Of a stretch of 64,000 nt of DNA, positions 26,731-40,270 are shown piece after piece. The notes below the pieces were generated by a model. That model saw only the letters and a program-made list of their open reading frames with translations. It did no database searches and was not told the origin of the DNA. The stretch's first letter is position 1. The number at the start of each line of letters is the position of its first letter. Source of the stretch: Lentisphaerota bacterium (GTDB lineage Bacteria > Verrucomicrobiota > Kiritimatiellia > CAIQIC01 > Lenti-01); contig JAAZBB010000043.1 of the NCBI GenBank assembly GCA_012514035.1, positions 19,463-83,462 on the forward strand, given 5' to 3'. Made by a program: the position numbers and the translations under genes.

Positions 26731-27512
26731 GGCGTCACCTGCCCAGAGCCGGACAGGGCCGACGTTGCGGGCGCGATGGGACCCGCTGGGATGATCCACG
26801 ACACCATGCCCATCCGGGGCGCATTGGGATCCAGCAGGCGCCAGCCGCGAACCGAGCGGGCCAAACGGCCATCCACCTCCGGCAAGCCGCTGGCCTGTTC
26901 CAGCAGCATGGACACGGGCACGCCCTGCGGGTCAAAGCGCATTTCCACCCGGGCGGACCACGCCACATTGGTCCAGGAGCCATACTCCAGGTCAATCCCG
27001 GCGAACAGACGCGATTCCCAACCGGCAGAAAACAACATGCGGTCAGTTTCTGATTCCGGGTGGCGGGGAGGCAGCACACCGGAATCCGGCGCCAGGCGCC
27101 CGACCCCGGTGGCGGACGGGAGGGTGAATCGTGACATGGCCGTTTGGCTGTTCTCTACGGACACTGAAGCGCGCGGCAAATACGCCGGCTCTGGCCGCAA
27201 AGCCTGAATGGGGGGCGCCAATCGGACGCGTTCCTGGCGCAAGGCATGAGTAAAACCCGCCGGAGACGGGAGTGCAAAGAGCGCCGGTGACCACAATGCC
27301 CGAATGTCCAAGGCCGGGGCTTCTGCCGCCGGCCACCACGACACCGGCATGGGAGGTGCGTGCGGCAGCGGGGCCGGCGCGGGCGCCAGACCGAAAAGCA
27401 GGACCAGACTGCCGAACCAAAGGGCGGCAAATCCAACGGCCAGGTGGCGACCACGGCGGCAGAACCGGTCCCACCGGGTGGCGGAATCTGCGACTGCACG
27501 GTTGACGTACAC
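26727..27512 (-). CDS. TonB-like energy-transducer protein (divergent)
   Basis: GTG start. N-terminal TM helix (VGFAALWFGSLVLLFGL), Pro-rich APAPAPLPHAPPMP, and a C-terminal beta-domain (VEMRFDPQGVPVSMLLEQASGLPEVDGRLARSVRGWRL). Lies directly after exbB-exbD. Confidence 0.55.
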   Translation of the reverse strand: MYVNRAVADSATRWDRFCRRGRHLAVGFAALWFGSLVLLFGLAPAPAPLPHAPPMPVSWWPAAEAPALDIRALWSPALFALPSPAGFTHALRQERVRLAPPIQALRPEPAYLPRASVSVENSQTAMSRFTLPSATGVGRLAPDSGVLPPRHPESETDRMLFSAGWESRLFAGIDLEYGSWTNVAWSARVEMRFDPQGVPVSMLLEQASGLPEVDGRLARSVRGWRLLDPNAPRMGMVSWIIPAGPIAPATSALSGSGQVTP

Positions 27513-27525
27513 GGAGCGACCCCTC

Positions 27526-27978
27526 CTACGGGGCCAATGGAGGCGGCCGGGTGGCCAGCACGACTTCCCGGATGCCGGATTTCAACGCCAAGGTATACAC
27601 TTCCAGCAAGGTCCCGTAGGGCGTTCCCGCGTCCGCCTCGATCAGTAGCGGGTCGTCGCCGGTGGTGTGCGCGAGGGCGGCTTCCAGACGGTCCCACGCC
27701 ATGCGCTGATCGTTGAAGAACATGAGGCCCTCCTGCGACAGGGTCAGGACGCGGGTCCCATAGGGAATGCCGTCGGTGAACGGTGCCTCCGGCAGGCGGA
27801 CCCGGACGCCGGGCTGCAACACGAAGCGCGCCGCGGCGAAATGAAACATCCCCGCCAGCACAATCACGTTCAGCAGCGCCGTCACCTCGATGGGTCCGAC
27901 CGCCCGGCGATAGCGCCCCTTGAAGCGCCGCCGCACGGTGCGAAACTGCAATTGAAGAGACTGGTCGGGAATCCTCAT
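27526..27978 (-). CDS. exbD: ExbD/TolR biopolymer transport protein
   Basis: From ATG 27978: single TM helix (VTALLNVIVLAGMFHF), 150 aa, ATGA overlap with the exbB stop. Confidence 0.8.
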   Translation of the reverse strand: MRIPDQSLQLQFRTVRRRFKGRYRRAVGPIEVTALLNVIVLAGMFHFAAARFVLQPGVRVRLPEAPFTDGIPYGTRVLTLSQEGLMFFNDQRMAWDRLEAALAHTTGDDPLLIEADAGTPYGTLLEVYTLALKSGIREVVLATRPPPLAP

Positions 27979-28634
27979 GCCGGCGGCGCCTCCCGGTTCT
28001 GGCGCCACTGCCGCATGAAGTTCAGCAGCGCCGAAGCGGAGCGCTCCATATCCAGCAGGATGGATTCCACGCGGGAAACCAGCAGGTTGTAGCCGGCGTA
28101 GGCCAGGATGGCAATGACCAGACTGAGGGCCGTGGCCGCCAGCGCAGTCCAGAGCCCCCCGGTCAGATTGGCCGACTGCACCAGCGGTGCATTGCGATTG
28201 GCGGCCAGCAGCATCTCCATCATCCCGAGCACCGTGCCCAGCAGGCCAATCAGCGGGGTGATGCGCGCCAACGTCGCCAGCCACCCCAGCCCCCGCTCCA
28301 TCCGGGGAATCTCCTCCAGCCCGGCTTCTTCAATCGCCCGCCCGATGTTTTCGAGGGTGTCGTCATGATGCAGAACCGCCGCCAGCGCCAGCCGCGCCAC
28401 CGGGCCCGGGGCCTCTTCGCAAATGGTTGCCGCCTCCACCGTGTTGTCGCGGTTGAGAATATTGTAGACCCCCTTGAGAAAGTCATCCGCCGCGATCTGG
28501 GCACGGTGCAGGTTGAAGAGGCGTTCGAAGAAAACCAGCGCCGCAAACAGGCCGCAGGCCGCCAGCAGCCAGATCACCGGCCCGCCATTTCCGATCAGGT
28601 TGAACATAGGTTTCTCCGTCTGCAGAGCTCCCAA
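27975..28634 (-). CDS. exbB: MotA/TolQ/ExbB proton channel
   Basis: LATLARITPLIGLLGTVLGMMEM and GGLWTALAATALSLVIAILAY. Confidence 0.85.
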   Translation of the reverse strand: MGALQTEKPMFNLIGNGGPVIWLLAACGLFAALVFFERLFNLHRAQIAADDFLKGVYNILNRDNTVEAATICEEAPGPVARLALAAVLHHDDTLENIGRAIEEAGLEEIPRMERGLGWLATLARITPLIGLLGTVLGMMEMLLAANRNAPLVQSANLTGGLWTALAATALSLVIAILAYAGYNLLVSRVESILLDMERSASALLNFMRQWRQNREAPPA

Positions 28635-28690
28635 GGGAACTGAAAGGTCAGTCTATGCCGTGCCCCCACCGCGGCTCAATCACAAAAAGA

Positions 28691-28786
28691 GAATTCAGGA
28701 GCCAGGATTCAGGAGACAGAATGAAATCCCAGACCCGATGATCCGGACCCGCATACTGAATTCTGAATACTGGATTCTGAATACTG
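28691..28786. repeat. imperfect inverted repeat built from TTCAGRA units
   Basis: GAATTCAGGAGCCAGGATTCAGGAGACAGAATG ... ATACTGAATTCTGAATACTGGATTCTGAATACTG. Same unit type as 45423..45531. Confidence 0.65.
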
Positions 28787-28804
28787 CCGCCCGCTGCGAG
28801 GCGG

Positions 28805-31407
28805 CTAGAACAGGTGCCAGTGCTCCTGGCGGATGCGCGTCATGCGATCGCGGGCTTCGGCGGCCGCGGGGAGGCTGGAATCGGCCACCCGGCGATAGAT
28901 GCCGAAGGCTTCCTTCCATTTTCCGGCTCGCTCCTGGAGGGCGGCGGCGCCGAACGCTGCGCGGGTAAACCACACGGTTCCTTCGGGGGGCGAATCCGTC
29001 TCCTGCAAGTAGGCATAGACCACCTCCATGTAGCGGTCGAGGGCGGCGGCTGTGCGCCCCATCTGCTCCAGGCAGCGGCCGATCTTGAAGCCGGCCTGCA
29101 AACGCAAATCGACCGGCGCGCCCGCAAAATCCAGAAGCGTGCGATAAGACAGCAGCGCCTCTTCGTAGCGTGCGGGATTTTCCTGTCCGAGAGTATACTG
29201 ACAGTCGCCCTTGCGGCCCCAGGCCACCATGGCCTGCGGCTGCTGGGGAAAATTGACGATGACTTCATTGAAGGCCAGGATGGCCGCGCCGAACTGGCCC
29301 AGTTCACTCAGTACGTCGCCCTGGGCCAGCAAGGTCTCGGCCAGGCGGGGCTGGTCGGGATAGCGGGTCATGAGCGCGTTGTAATGTTCGTTGGCGGCCA
29401 AATAAGCCCGGCGGGCGGTCGCGGTGCGCCCCGCCCAATAGAGGGCGTCGGGAGCGCGGGGGCTGTCGGGATGGTCGGCCGCGACGCGGCAGAAGCGCTC
29501 CTCGGCCGTTGCGTAGTCGCCGTGGTTGAAGGCGTATTCCCCCAGCCAAAATTGCACGTCCGGGGCGAATTCCGAACCGGGGTAATCGGCCAGGAACTGT
29601 GTACACACCTCCAGGGCTTCAGCATCCTTGCCCAGCAGATACAGGCACCAGCCCCGCATGAACATGGCTTGGGCGGCGGGCCGGGTCTGGGGAAAACGGT
29701 CCCGAATGCGCAAGAAATCATCGAGGGCGGCTTGAAACGATCCCATGCGGTAGCGAATCAGGCCACGCGCCAGCAGGGCCTGTGCACAGGTCTGGGGTTC
29801 CAGGCAGGATTCGATGAGCCGTCCGTACTGTTCCATGGCGGTCTCGAGAGCCCCCCGCTCTTCGTAGAGGGCTCCCAGCCGCATCGTGGCTGTGCGCGAA
29901 AATTCGGTTTCGGTCTTGGCGCGACTGAGATCGAGCAGGCGGATCTCGCCGGCTTCGGTCTCCCCCATGGCCAGTTCGGATTCCGCCAGTTGGATCTGGG
30001 CGCGCGCAGCCATTTCCCCGCCGGCCGGAGCGGCGGACAACACCGCGGCATAGGCGGTTTTGGCCTTCGTAAACTGACCGCTGGCGAAATGCGAATCCGC
30101 CGTTTTCTGCAAGAGCGGCAGGCGGCGGGCAGGTTCCGGCTCCGCGGCCGCGGCGCGTTCAAAGACCGGCGCGGCCTCGCCGGGCCGGCCGGCCGACCAC
30201 AGGGACCAGGCAAGTGCCGCCAGGATGTCCGCCGTTCCTTCCGCGCCATCAAAGGCATCCAGCCAGGCCTGGTATTCCGCGGCCGCTTCGTTCCACTTGT
30301 CCAGATACCCGAGGCGGCTAGCCAACTGCTGCTGGATCCGGGCGGCTTGGGAACGATCCGGCATGCGCGCAGCGACCGATCGCATCAAGGTGGCGCCCTC
30401 ATTCACGCGGCCGGACCGCAGCAACAGGTCCGCCTGGAGTCGTTCGCCCTCCAGTTTCTGGGCCGGATGAGTGGCCGCGGCAATCCCACGCTCGATCATG
30501 TCCAAGGCCGCCGTGTAATTGGTGCCGGCCGCCAAGGCCGCGGCGGTCATCCGGTAGCCCGTGGCGCGGGTTTCCGGCAGCAGATTCGTATTGGTCACCA
30601 GGGCCTCCAGGCGTTCCAATGCCACATCCGGCCGGCCCTGCGACATCTGCAGTTCGATGCCCTGCAGGATGGCGCGTTCACTCCAAACCTGGCCCGTCCA
30701 GGTCTGTTCCACGTGCGCCAGCGCGGCTTGCGCTTCGTCGAGACGGCCGGTCGCCGCCAAAGCCGAGGCCACCTCCAGCCAGGCATCCGCGCCTGCCGGA
30801 TTCCCGGCATGCCGGCTTTCAATAAGGGCGCAAGTCTCCCGAGCTGCGTCCCACTCGCCTTGCGCCGCCTGAACCTGCGCCAGCAGGAACAAGGCGGAAG
30901 GCGCGGCAGATTCATCGGCAAATTTCTCCTTGAACACCGCCAGTTCCGCCGCCGTTTCCGGAATCTGACGCAAAGCAAACTGCGCTTGGGCCCGGGCCAG
31001 CGCAACGTCCGCCGCCAGCACCGCAGCCCGCACCTGCCCCCCATAGGAATCCAGCAACGCCAGTGCCTCCTGCGGATTATTTTCGGCCAACAGCACGCGG
31101 GCCAGCCACAAGGCTCCTTCCGCCTGCCGGCGGCGGTCGGGTGCTCCCGCGATCAGATCCTGCAAGCGCTGGCGGGCCAGGCGATACAAGCCATCCTCAT
31201 ACGCCGCCCGCCCGGTTGTCAGCAGCCGGCCCGCCTGCTCCGTCGTCAGCTTTCCGGTCGGCAACCGTTCCTCTTGCTGGGTTTCCTGGGCCAGGCCCGG
31301 ACCCGCCGCCAGCAGACCCGCCGCGAGCCACGCCAGCAAGCGCCGGCGCCGGCTGCGCAGGGCCGGGGCGCGATCGCCTGGGATGGGCGGGCAGGCATGT
31401 ACAGCAT

Positions 31408-31411
<4 letters not shown>
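28805..31411 (-). CDS. secreted tetratricopeptide-repeat protein
   Basis: From ATG 31411 (ATGA overlap with the uvrA stop). Signal-like RRRRLLAWLAAGLLAAGPGLAQE. Ala/Leu-rich TPR-like helices throughout (YRLARQ.., YWAGRT.., FKIGRCLEQMGR..). Confidence 0.75.
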
Positions 31412-34317
<2,906 letters not shown>

Positions 34318-34449
34318 CGCCTTCCGCCTCTTCAAAAAGATGGGCAACCCTACCACGCCGCCTTGATTTCATCATTCATATTCCATCGCTGACCCCGACG
34401 TCCCCAAACTGGCTTTCGGGGCTTGATTTTGTTCAGAAAACTCCGCTAA

Positions 34450-35526
34450 ATGGCCCGCCTTATGAAAAAGACCTATTCCATTGGATTGATCCCCGGCGAC
34501 GGGACCGGCCCGGAAGTCACCCGCGAGGCCGTCAAGGTGCTCGGCGCCGCTGCCCAGAAGTTCGGCTTTGATCTGGACTACACCCATTACGATTTCGGCG
34601 GAGACCGCTACTTGAAGACCGGCGAGATCCTGCCCGACTCCGCCATCGAGGAATTCCGGCGCCAGCATGCGCTCTATCTCGGCGCCATCGGGCATCCCCA
34701 GGTCAAGCCGGGCATCCTCGAGGTCGGCATCCTGCTCAAGACCCGTTTCGCGCTCGACCAGTACATCAACCTGCGCCCCGTCAAGCTCTACCGCAAGGAA
34801 GACTGCCCCCTGAAGGACAAGGAGCCCAAGGACATCGATTTCGTCGTCGTGCGCGAAAACACCGGGGGCATCTACACCGGCCTGGGCGGCGCGGTCCAGA
34901 AGGGCACGGACCTGGAAGTGGCCACGCAGGTCATGGTCTACAGCCGGCCCGTCGTGGACCGCTGCCTGAAGTACGCCTACGAGTACACCCGGCGGCGCAA
35001 CCGGAAGAAGATGCTGACCCTCGTCCACAAGTGCAATGTCCTGACCCACTGCGGCGACCTCTGGGTCCGCGCCCACAAGGAAATGGGCGACCGCGACTAT
35101 CCGGACATCAAGCAGGACTACAACCACGTGGACGCCTGCACAATGTGGTTCGTGAAGCAGCCCGAGTGGTACGACGTGGTCGTGACGGAAAACCTCTTCG
35201 GCGACATCATCACCGACCTGGCGGCCATCGTGCAGGGCGGGCTGGGCGTCGCCGCCGGTGGCAACATCAATCCCGAAGGCGTCTCGATGTTCGAGTGCAT
35301 GGGCGGCAGCGCCCCGAAGTACACGGGCAAGAACGTCATCAACCCCATCGCCGCCATCGCGGCGGGAGGTATGATGCTCGACACCCTCGGCGAAACCGAA
35401 GCGGCGCAAGCCGTCGACCGGGCCGTCACCCAGGCCCTCAACGGCGGCAAGATCAAGTCCCTGGCCGCCGGCCGCATGGGCCTGGGCACCGCCGAAGTCG
35501 GCGACCTGGTCGCTACGCTCGTTTAA
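34450..35526 (+). CDS. isopropylmalate/isocitrate/tartrate dehydrogenase family enzyme (LeuB-like)
   Basis: IGLIPGDGTGPEV, NLRPVKLY, VVVRENTGGIYTG, ENLFGDIITDLAA. Exact substrate is not resolvable by eye. Confidence 0.8.
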   Translation: MARLMKKTYSIGLIPGDGTGPEVTREAVKVLGAAAQKFGFDLDYTHYDFGGDRYLKTGEILPDSAIEEFRRQHALYLGAIGHPQVKPGILEVGILLKTRFALDQYINLRPVKLYRKEDCPLKDKEPKDIDFVVVRENTGGIYTGLGGAVQKGTDLEVATQVMVYSRPVVDRCLKYAYEYTRRRNRKKMLTLVHKCNVLTHCGDLWVRAHKEMGDRDYPDIKQDYNHVDACTMWFVKQPEWYDVVVTENLFGDIITDLAAIVQGGLGVAAGGNINPEGVSMFECMGGSAPKYTGKNVINPIAAIAAGGMMLDTLGETEAAQAVDRAVTQALNGGKIKSLAAGRMGLGTAEVGDLVATLV

Positions 35527-35555
35527 CAGCCGTTTTGCCGCAGAGTCCGCAGAGC

Positions 35556-35939
35556 ATGGCAGAGAAGGACCCCGTCACGGAGGGAATCATTGGCGCGGCC
35601 ATTGAAGTCCACCGGCATCTGGGCCCCGGACTTCTGGAATCAGTCTATGAAGAAGCCCTCTGCCATGAATTGAACCTGCGCGGAATCCGTTTTGAACGGC
35701 AAATGGATGTGGACGTCGTTTACAAGGGCATTGTCATCAAGAACCAGCGCCTGGATTTGCTGGTGGATGGAAAAGTCGTGGTTGAGATAAAAAGTACGGA
35801 ATCAGATCATCCCATTTACAAGGCCCAAATCCTGTCGTATCTAAAGGCGAGCGGCCTGAGTCGCGGCTTGATTCTGAACTTTGGCAAGAAAACGATGATG
35901 GAGGGAATAACACGAGTGGCGAACAACTATCCCTCGTGA
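35556..35939 (+). CDS. GxxExxY protein (PD-(D/E)XK-like small protein family)
   Basis: 127 aa. GPGLLESVYEEAL matches the GxxExxY signature, followed by DLLVDGKVVVEIKS. Flanked by 18-nt inverted repeats. Confidence 0.8.
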   Translation: MAEKDPVTEGIIGAAIEVHRHLGPGLLESVYEEALCHELNLRGIRFERQMDVDVVYKGIVIKNQRLDLLVDGKVVVEIKSTESDHPIYKAQILSYLKASGLSRGLILNFGKKTMMEGITRVANNYPS

Positions 35940-35976
35940 AACTCTGCGCCCTCTGCGGCAAAAAACAGGAGCTGAA

Positions 35977-36996
35977 ATGAAAAAATACAACATCTGCATG
36001 GTCGGCATTGGCGCGGTCGGGACAGAAATCGTCCGGCTGCTGCGCAAGCGCAACTTCCCGCTGGCCAAACTGACCGCGTTTGCGACCCGCGAACGCACGG
36101 AAATGATCGACGGCCTGCCCGTCGAGGTGAAGGTCGCCACCGGCCCCGAATCGTTCAAGGGCTACGACTTTGCGTTCTTCGCGGGGACCGAAGGCGCAAA
36201 GGGCGCCTCCAAGACCCTCGGCTGGGGCGCGGCCGAGGCCGGCTGCATCGTCATCGACAACGGCGACGACTTCCGCATGGACCCGCGCGTGCCGCTGTGC
36301 ATTCCGGAAATCAATGCCGAGGCGCTGAAAAACCACCAGAACTTCATCGCCAATCCGAACTGCTCAACCGCCATCGCCTTGATGCCGCTCTATGCGCTGC
36401 ACCGCGAGGCCCGGATCAAGCGGATCGTCTGCTGCACCTACCAGGCTGTTTCCGGCTCGGGGTCGGCCGCCATCCGCGAGCTGGAGGAGCAGACCCGCGC
36501 CTGGGCTGCCGGCCAACCCATCACCCACGAAGTCTATCCCGCGCAAATTGCGTTCAATGTGATTGCCCAGATCGGCTCCGAGGCCAAGGACCTGCCCGGC
36601 TACACCTCCGAAGAAGCCAAACTCGGACGCGAAACCCGCAAAATTCTCGGCGACGACGCCATCCAGGTTGTCTCCACCTGCGTGCGCGTACCGGTGTTCA
36701 ACGGCCACAGCGAGGCCCTGCATGTCGAGTTCCACAAGCCCCTCACCCCCGAACGCGCCCGGGCAATCCTGGAGCAGTCCGCGGGCGTCACCGTGGTGGA
36801 CGATCTGTCCCAAAGCCTCTTCCCCATGCCGATTGACTGCTCGGGCAAGTACGACGTGCTGGTGGGGCGCATCCGCAAGGACCCCTCCATCGAAAACGGC
36901 CTCGCCCTGTTCGTCGCCGGCGACAACATCTGGAAAGGCGCCGCCCAGAACGCCATCCAGATCGCCGAGAAGATGATTGCGATGGGCTTGAAATAA
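35977..36996 (+). CDS. asd: aspartate-semialdehyde dehydrogenase
   Basis: MVGIGAVGTE, NPNCSTAIALMPL (active-site Cys), YQAVSGSG. Confidence 0.9.
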   Translation: MKKYNICMVGIGAVGTEIVRLLRKRNFPLAKLTAFATRERTEMIDGLPVEVKVATGPESFKGYDFAFFAGTEGAKGASKTLGWGAAEAGCIVIDNGDDFRMDPRVPLCIPEINAEALKNHQNFIANPNCSTAIALMPLYALHREARIKRIVCCTYQAVSGSGSAAIRELEEQTRAWAAGQPITHEVYPAQIAFNVIAQIGSEAKDLPGYTSEEAKLGRETRKILGDDAIQVVSTCVRVPVFNGHSEALHVEFHKPLTPERARAILEQSAGVTVVDDLSQSLFPMPIDCSGKYDVLVGRIRKDPSIENGLALFVAGDNIWKGAAQNAIQIAEKMIAMGLK

Positions 36997-37032
36997 GCCG
37001 CGCGCCGGGCATGTACCCGACGGCGCCGGAAC

Positions 37033-37521
37033 TCAAGGCTGTTTTTTTTCCAGTGCTTCGAGCCGGAAGGTCATCGCTCCCCGCCCGGCCTCGGCGGAGG
37101 GCGTGATTTCCATGTCGCGCAAGCGCCACGCCGGGGCAAATTCCGCGCAGGAAGCCAAAAACGCGGCGGCGACCGCATAGGACGTGGCGGGAAGCGCCAC
37201 CTCGGCCTCGCGCCGTTGCCAGCCGGGGGCCACTTCCACGGCAGGTCGCAGGACGACATTCACGGGATCGCCCCCCAACGTCTGGGCAGCCAGCGCGTCG
37301 AGGTTGGCGGGAGTCCACGCCTGCCGGGCCTCCATCCATTCCCGGAGGGCGTCTTCCTCCGTCCAGCGCCCGGAGCAAGCCCGGATGTGATCCAGGTCCT
37401 GCCTCTTGCGCTCCAGGATCGCACCATGCCGCGAAGCGGACAGCCAGGTGTTCAGGCTGGCGGCCATGGCCAGCCCGGCCAGAGTCCACGCCACCGCTCT
37501 CCAGACCCGTTCATTCTTCAT
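37033..37521 (-). CDS. GspM/PilO-like secretion/pilus assembly protein
   Basis: N-terminal TM helix (AVAWTLAGLAMAASL), 162 aa. Overlaps the stop of the GspL-like gene by 11 nt. Confidence 0.5.
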   Translation of the reverse strand: MKNERVWRAVAWTLAGLAMAASLNTWLSASRHGAILERKRQDLDHIRACSGRWTEEDALREWMEARQAWTPANLDALAAQTLGGDPVNVVLRPAVEVAPGWQRREAEVALPATSYAVAAAFLASCAEFAPAWRLRDMEITPSAEAGRGAMTFRLEALEKKQP

Positions 37522-38908
37522 GGTGAATCTGGCCTTTCAAAATGAACCGTGGATGACCGGCGGGCGTGCGGCCGGGACTGTCCGACTGTACCGCCCAGCC
37601 CAGGGCCCGCACACGCTCGGCAAGACGTTCGATGTCCTGAATATCCGGGGCGGAACCTTCCATGGATATGGTCGCCGACGACAATCCCAGCCGGGACAAT
37701 TCGACGCCACTGGCACTGGCGGCCTCCACGATGCGCGCCAGCCGGCCTTCCATGCCTTCCGGATCCAAGGCCTGGCGGAAAGGCAGGGTTTCCTGGGCGC
37801 GGGCGGCGATGGCGCGTTCGACCATCAGTCGCTCCTGCCCCCGGGGAATGCGGCTGCCTGCGATGACCTGCGCGGCCACAGTCAGTCGCCGTTGCAACGT
37901 CTCCGTCTGCCGCCGGCGCAGAATCGACTCGCCCAAATTCAACCCCAGCACCAGAAGGGCGACCGTGATCACGCCGATGTAGGCGTTTTTCAATTCCTTG
38001 GCCCGGGTGCGCCCCAGAGCCGGATGCATCCATTCCCCGGACCTGAAGTTCATTCCGCTTTCGTCTGCCGCGCGACGGGCCAAAGCCCGGGCCAGCATTG
38101 AAGCGGGCTGGCGGCAGGTCTCGTGCCGTATGGCCAGATCCGCCGGCAGGAGGCGACGCAAGCGGGTCACCAGGGTGTCGTTCACCGCGCCGGGCCCCGC
38201 CCACCACACATCCATTTCGGTCTGGCCGGATTCCGCCAGATGGGTGCCCAGAATCTGCGCCGCCCGTGCGGTCCACAGGGCATCAAAGGCCGCGGGGTCG
38301 CCGGACAGCGGCGAAGCCCGGAGTACATGCGCCGCGATGAACTCCGCGCCGTGCCCCCGCGCGATCGTAACATGGTCCGGACCCAGCCAGACGACCGCCC
38401 GGGGGCGGTCCATCCGCACGGGCGGCGTTTCAACCGCCTGCTGGCTCCACAACGCCAGGGCTTCGGCATCGCAATGGGTGGGATCGAATCCCCGTGTGCG
38501 GCAGGCATCCAGGAAGGCGGCCAGGTCATGGTTCCGCATGGCGGCCGCCACGCCGATGGTCCCCCCCTGCTCCACACGGGCCGTGCCATAGCAGCAGCAG
38601 GCACTTTCCACGGGAAACGGCAGTTCAACGTCCAGCAGGGCCGGCCAGATCCGTGCCGCTTTCTTCGGCGAGGCGAACGGGGCGCGCAGGCGGCGCACGG
38701 CAGTGTGCGCGGCCGGGGCGGCGACCGCCAGCACGGCGGCGCCGCGGGCCACTTCGTCCTCCGCTTGCTGCAGCGCGCGCGCGGTCTCCGGCGCGGCCAG
38801 AGGGGCGGACAGCACGACCTGGGAACTGCCGCGGCGGGAGACGCGGGCCAGCAGGATCAACTCGTCGGAAAGTTCCAGCCCGTAGGCCGTTTTCAAGCCC
38901 GCCCGCAT
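37511..38908 (-). CDS. GspL-like (PilM-type cytoplasmic domain + TM + PilN-like periplasmic domain)
   Basis: 465 aa. N-terminal actin-like region, a central TM helix (AYIGVITVALLVLGLNLG), and its position between the GspK-like and GspM-like genes. Confidence 0.55.
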   Translation of the reverse strand: MRAGLKTAYGLELSDELILLARVSRRGSSQVVLSAPLAAPETARALQQAEDEVARGAAVLAVAAPAAHTAVRRLRAPFASPKKAARIWPALLDVELPFPVESACCCYGTARVEQGGTIGVAAAMRNHDLAAFLDACRTRGFDPTHCDAEALALWSQQAVETPPVRMDRPRAVVWLGPDHVTIARGHGAEFIAAHVLRASPLSGDPAAFDALWTARAAQILGTHLAESGQTEMDVWWAGPGAVNDTLVTRLRRLLPADLAIRHETCRQPASMLARALARRAADESGMNFRSGEWMHPALGRTRAKELKNAYIGVITVALLVLGLNLGESILRRRQTETLQRRLTVAAQVIAGSRIPRGQERLMVERAIAARAQETLPFRQALDPEGMEGRLARIVEAASASGVELSRLGLSSATISMEGSAPDIQDIERLAERVRALGWAVQSDSPGRTPAGHPRFILKGQIHHEE

Positions 38909-38911
38909 GGC

Positions 38912-39886
38912 TCAGCTATCCCCTTCCACCCATTGCAGGATGCGGATGTCGCCGCTGTCGGGATCCCGCTCCACCCAAGCCATGACGGAACAAGCCAGGC
39001 CCTCCCTGGCGGCGCGGGCACGCACTCGAAAGACCGTGCTGGCGGTTCCCACGGTTCCTTCCAGCATCGCGGCCAGTTCGGGATAGGCGGTGAAGATCTC
39101 GACCAGCGAGCCAAACGGTCGTACCTGGCGCAGGGCCAGCACGGCCCGGACGGCGGCATCCTGTTCAAGTCCGGTCAAGGCCATGAGCACTTCGCGACTG
39201 GCGGTGTTCACATTCACGGGAAGGGGTTCCTCCAAGGGCAGGGGGACCACCGCGGTGGCGGTGGTCAGATCGCCAGAGAACAAATCGTCCCGGCGGACCG
39301 GCGGCCGGGGCTGGAAAAGATCCGGCTTGAAACCGTGGACCCGCAGCAATTCCGCGGGCGCCCACATGATCCGGTTGGGCGGGCGGAACGGGGCATCGCC
39401 CGTCTGATAAAAGGGGGCTTCATAGGAGCCCGTCTCGTTCGCATCCACGAAATCCTCGAGGGCCTCGACCGGAACCGCGGCGTCGAAGTGGTTGCAGAAC
39501 ATCAGCAGATCCAGCAGCATGTCGCGGGCGGAGCGGCCAGAGCGGCCAGAGACGCCCACGTTGTTCCAATTCAGGAAACGGCCGGCATCTTCGACCATGG
39601 CGTGGGTGACAATGCCGTCGGTCCGGTTGGTTTCGCGCGGCAACGCCCAATCTTCGGCCAAATGATCCACCGTGAGATCGTCGTCCGCCGCCAGGACCCA
39701 GAGGGCTTCGCGCGCGGCTTCGGCGGCGGAAAGCCGGAGCTGCTCCCAGCGCAGCTCCGTTTGCTCGGCCCGGAACAGAGTGGCGGCTCGGGCCTGCAGA
39801 TAGAGGGCCAATCCACCGGCCAGCACAACCGCAGCCAGCGCCAGGATCAACGCCATGCCTGAACGGGCGGCCGGGCGGCGAGCCAT
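38912..39886 (-). CDS. type II secretion minor pseudopilin GspK-like
   Basis: Hydrophobic prepilin-like N-terminus SGMALILALAAVVLAGGLALYL. Helix-hairpin-helix-like VNVNTASREVLMALTGLEQDAAVRAVLALR. Confidence 0.65.
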   Translation of the reverse strand: MARRPAARSGMALILALAAVVLAGGLALYLQARAATLFRAEQTELRWEQLRLSAAEAAREALWVLAADDDLTVDHLAEDWALPRETNRTDGIVTHAMVEDAGRFLNWNNVGVSGRSGRSARDMLLDLLMFCNHFDAAVPVEALEDFVDANETGSYEAPFYQTGDAPFRPPNRIMWAPAELLRVHGFKPDLFQPRPPVRRDDLFSGDLTTATAVVPLPLEEPLPVNVNTASREVLMALTGLEQDAAVRAVLALRQVRPFGSLVEIFTAYPELAAMLEGTVGTASTVFRVRARAAREGLACSVMAWVERDPDSGDIRILQWVEGDS

Positions 39887-40269
39887 CAGTCCTCCTTCGC
39901 AGCCGCCTGGGCCGGGAGAACCGCGCGGCGCGCCGTCTCCTGGCGGAACCGTTCCTCCCGCCGGCGGTATTTCAGCTCCCGGTTGCGGGCGGAGACCTCG
40001 TGGCGCCGGAGTTTTTCCGACCGGGCCCAGGCATAGGCCATCAGCGAGACCATGCCGCAGGCCAGAAACACAATGGCCAGTTGATACAGTCCCCGGCGGT
40101 GCTCGGGGATCAGAAACAATGCGCGGATGAACACAAAGGCGGCCATCAGCGGAAACATGGCGGCGGCCACGGCCAGCATGTGGCGGATCTTCGAGCGCAT
40201 CTTGCTGCGGCTGCGGTGCCGGCGGGTGTCCACCCTGAAGTCCACCTTGTTCACGAGCGGTTCCGTCAT
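39886..40269 (-). CDS. small two-TM membrane protein
   Basis: From ATG 40269: Arg-rich N-terminus, helices MLAVAAAMFPLMAAFVFIRALFL and LAIVFLACGMVSLMAYAW. 1-nt overlap with the gspK-like start, and 1 nt after the galE stop. Confidence 0.5.
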   Translation of the reverse strand: MTEPLVNKVDFRVDTRRHRSRSKMRSKIRHMLAVAAAMFPLMAAFVFIRALFLIPEHRRGLYQLAIVFLACGMVSLMAYAWARSEKLRRHEVSARNRELKYRRREERFRQETARRAVLPAQAAAKED

Positions 40270-40270
40270 G

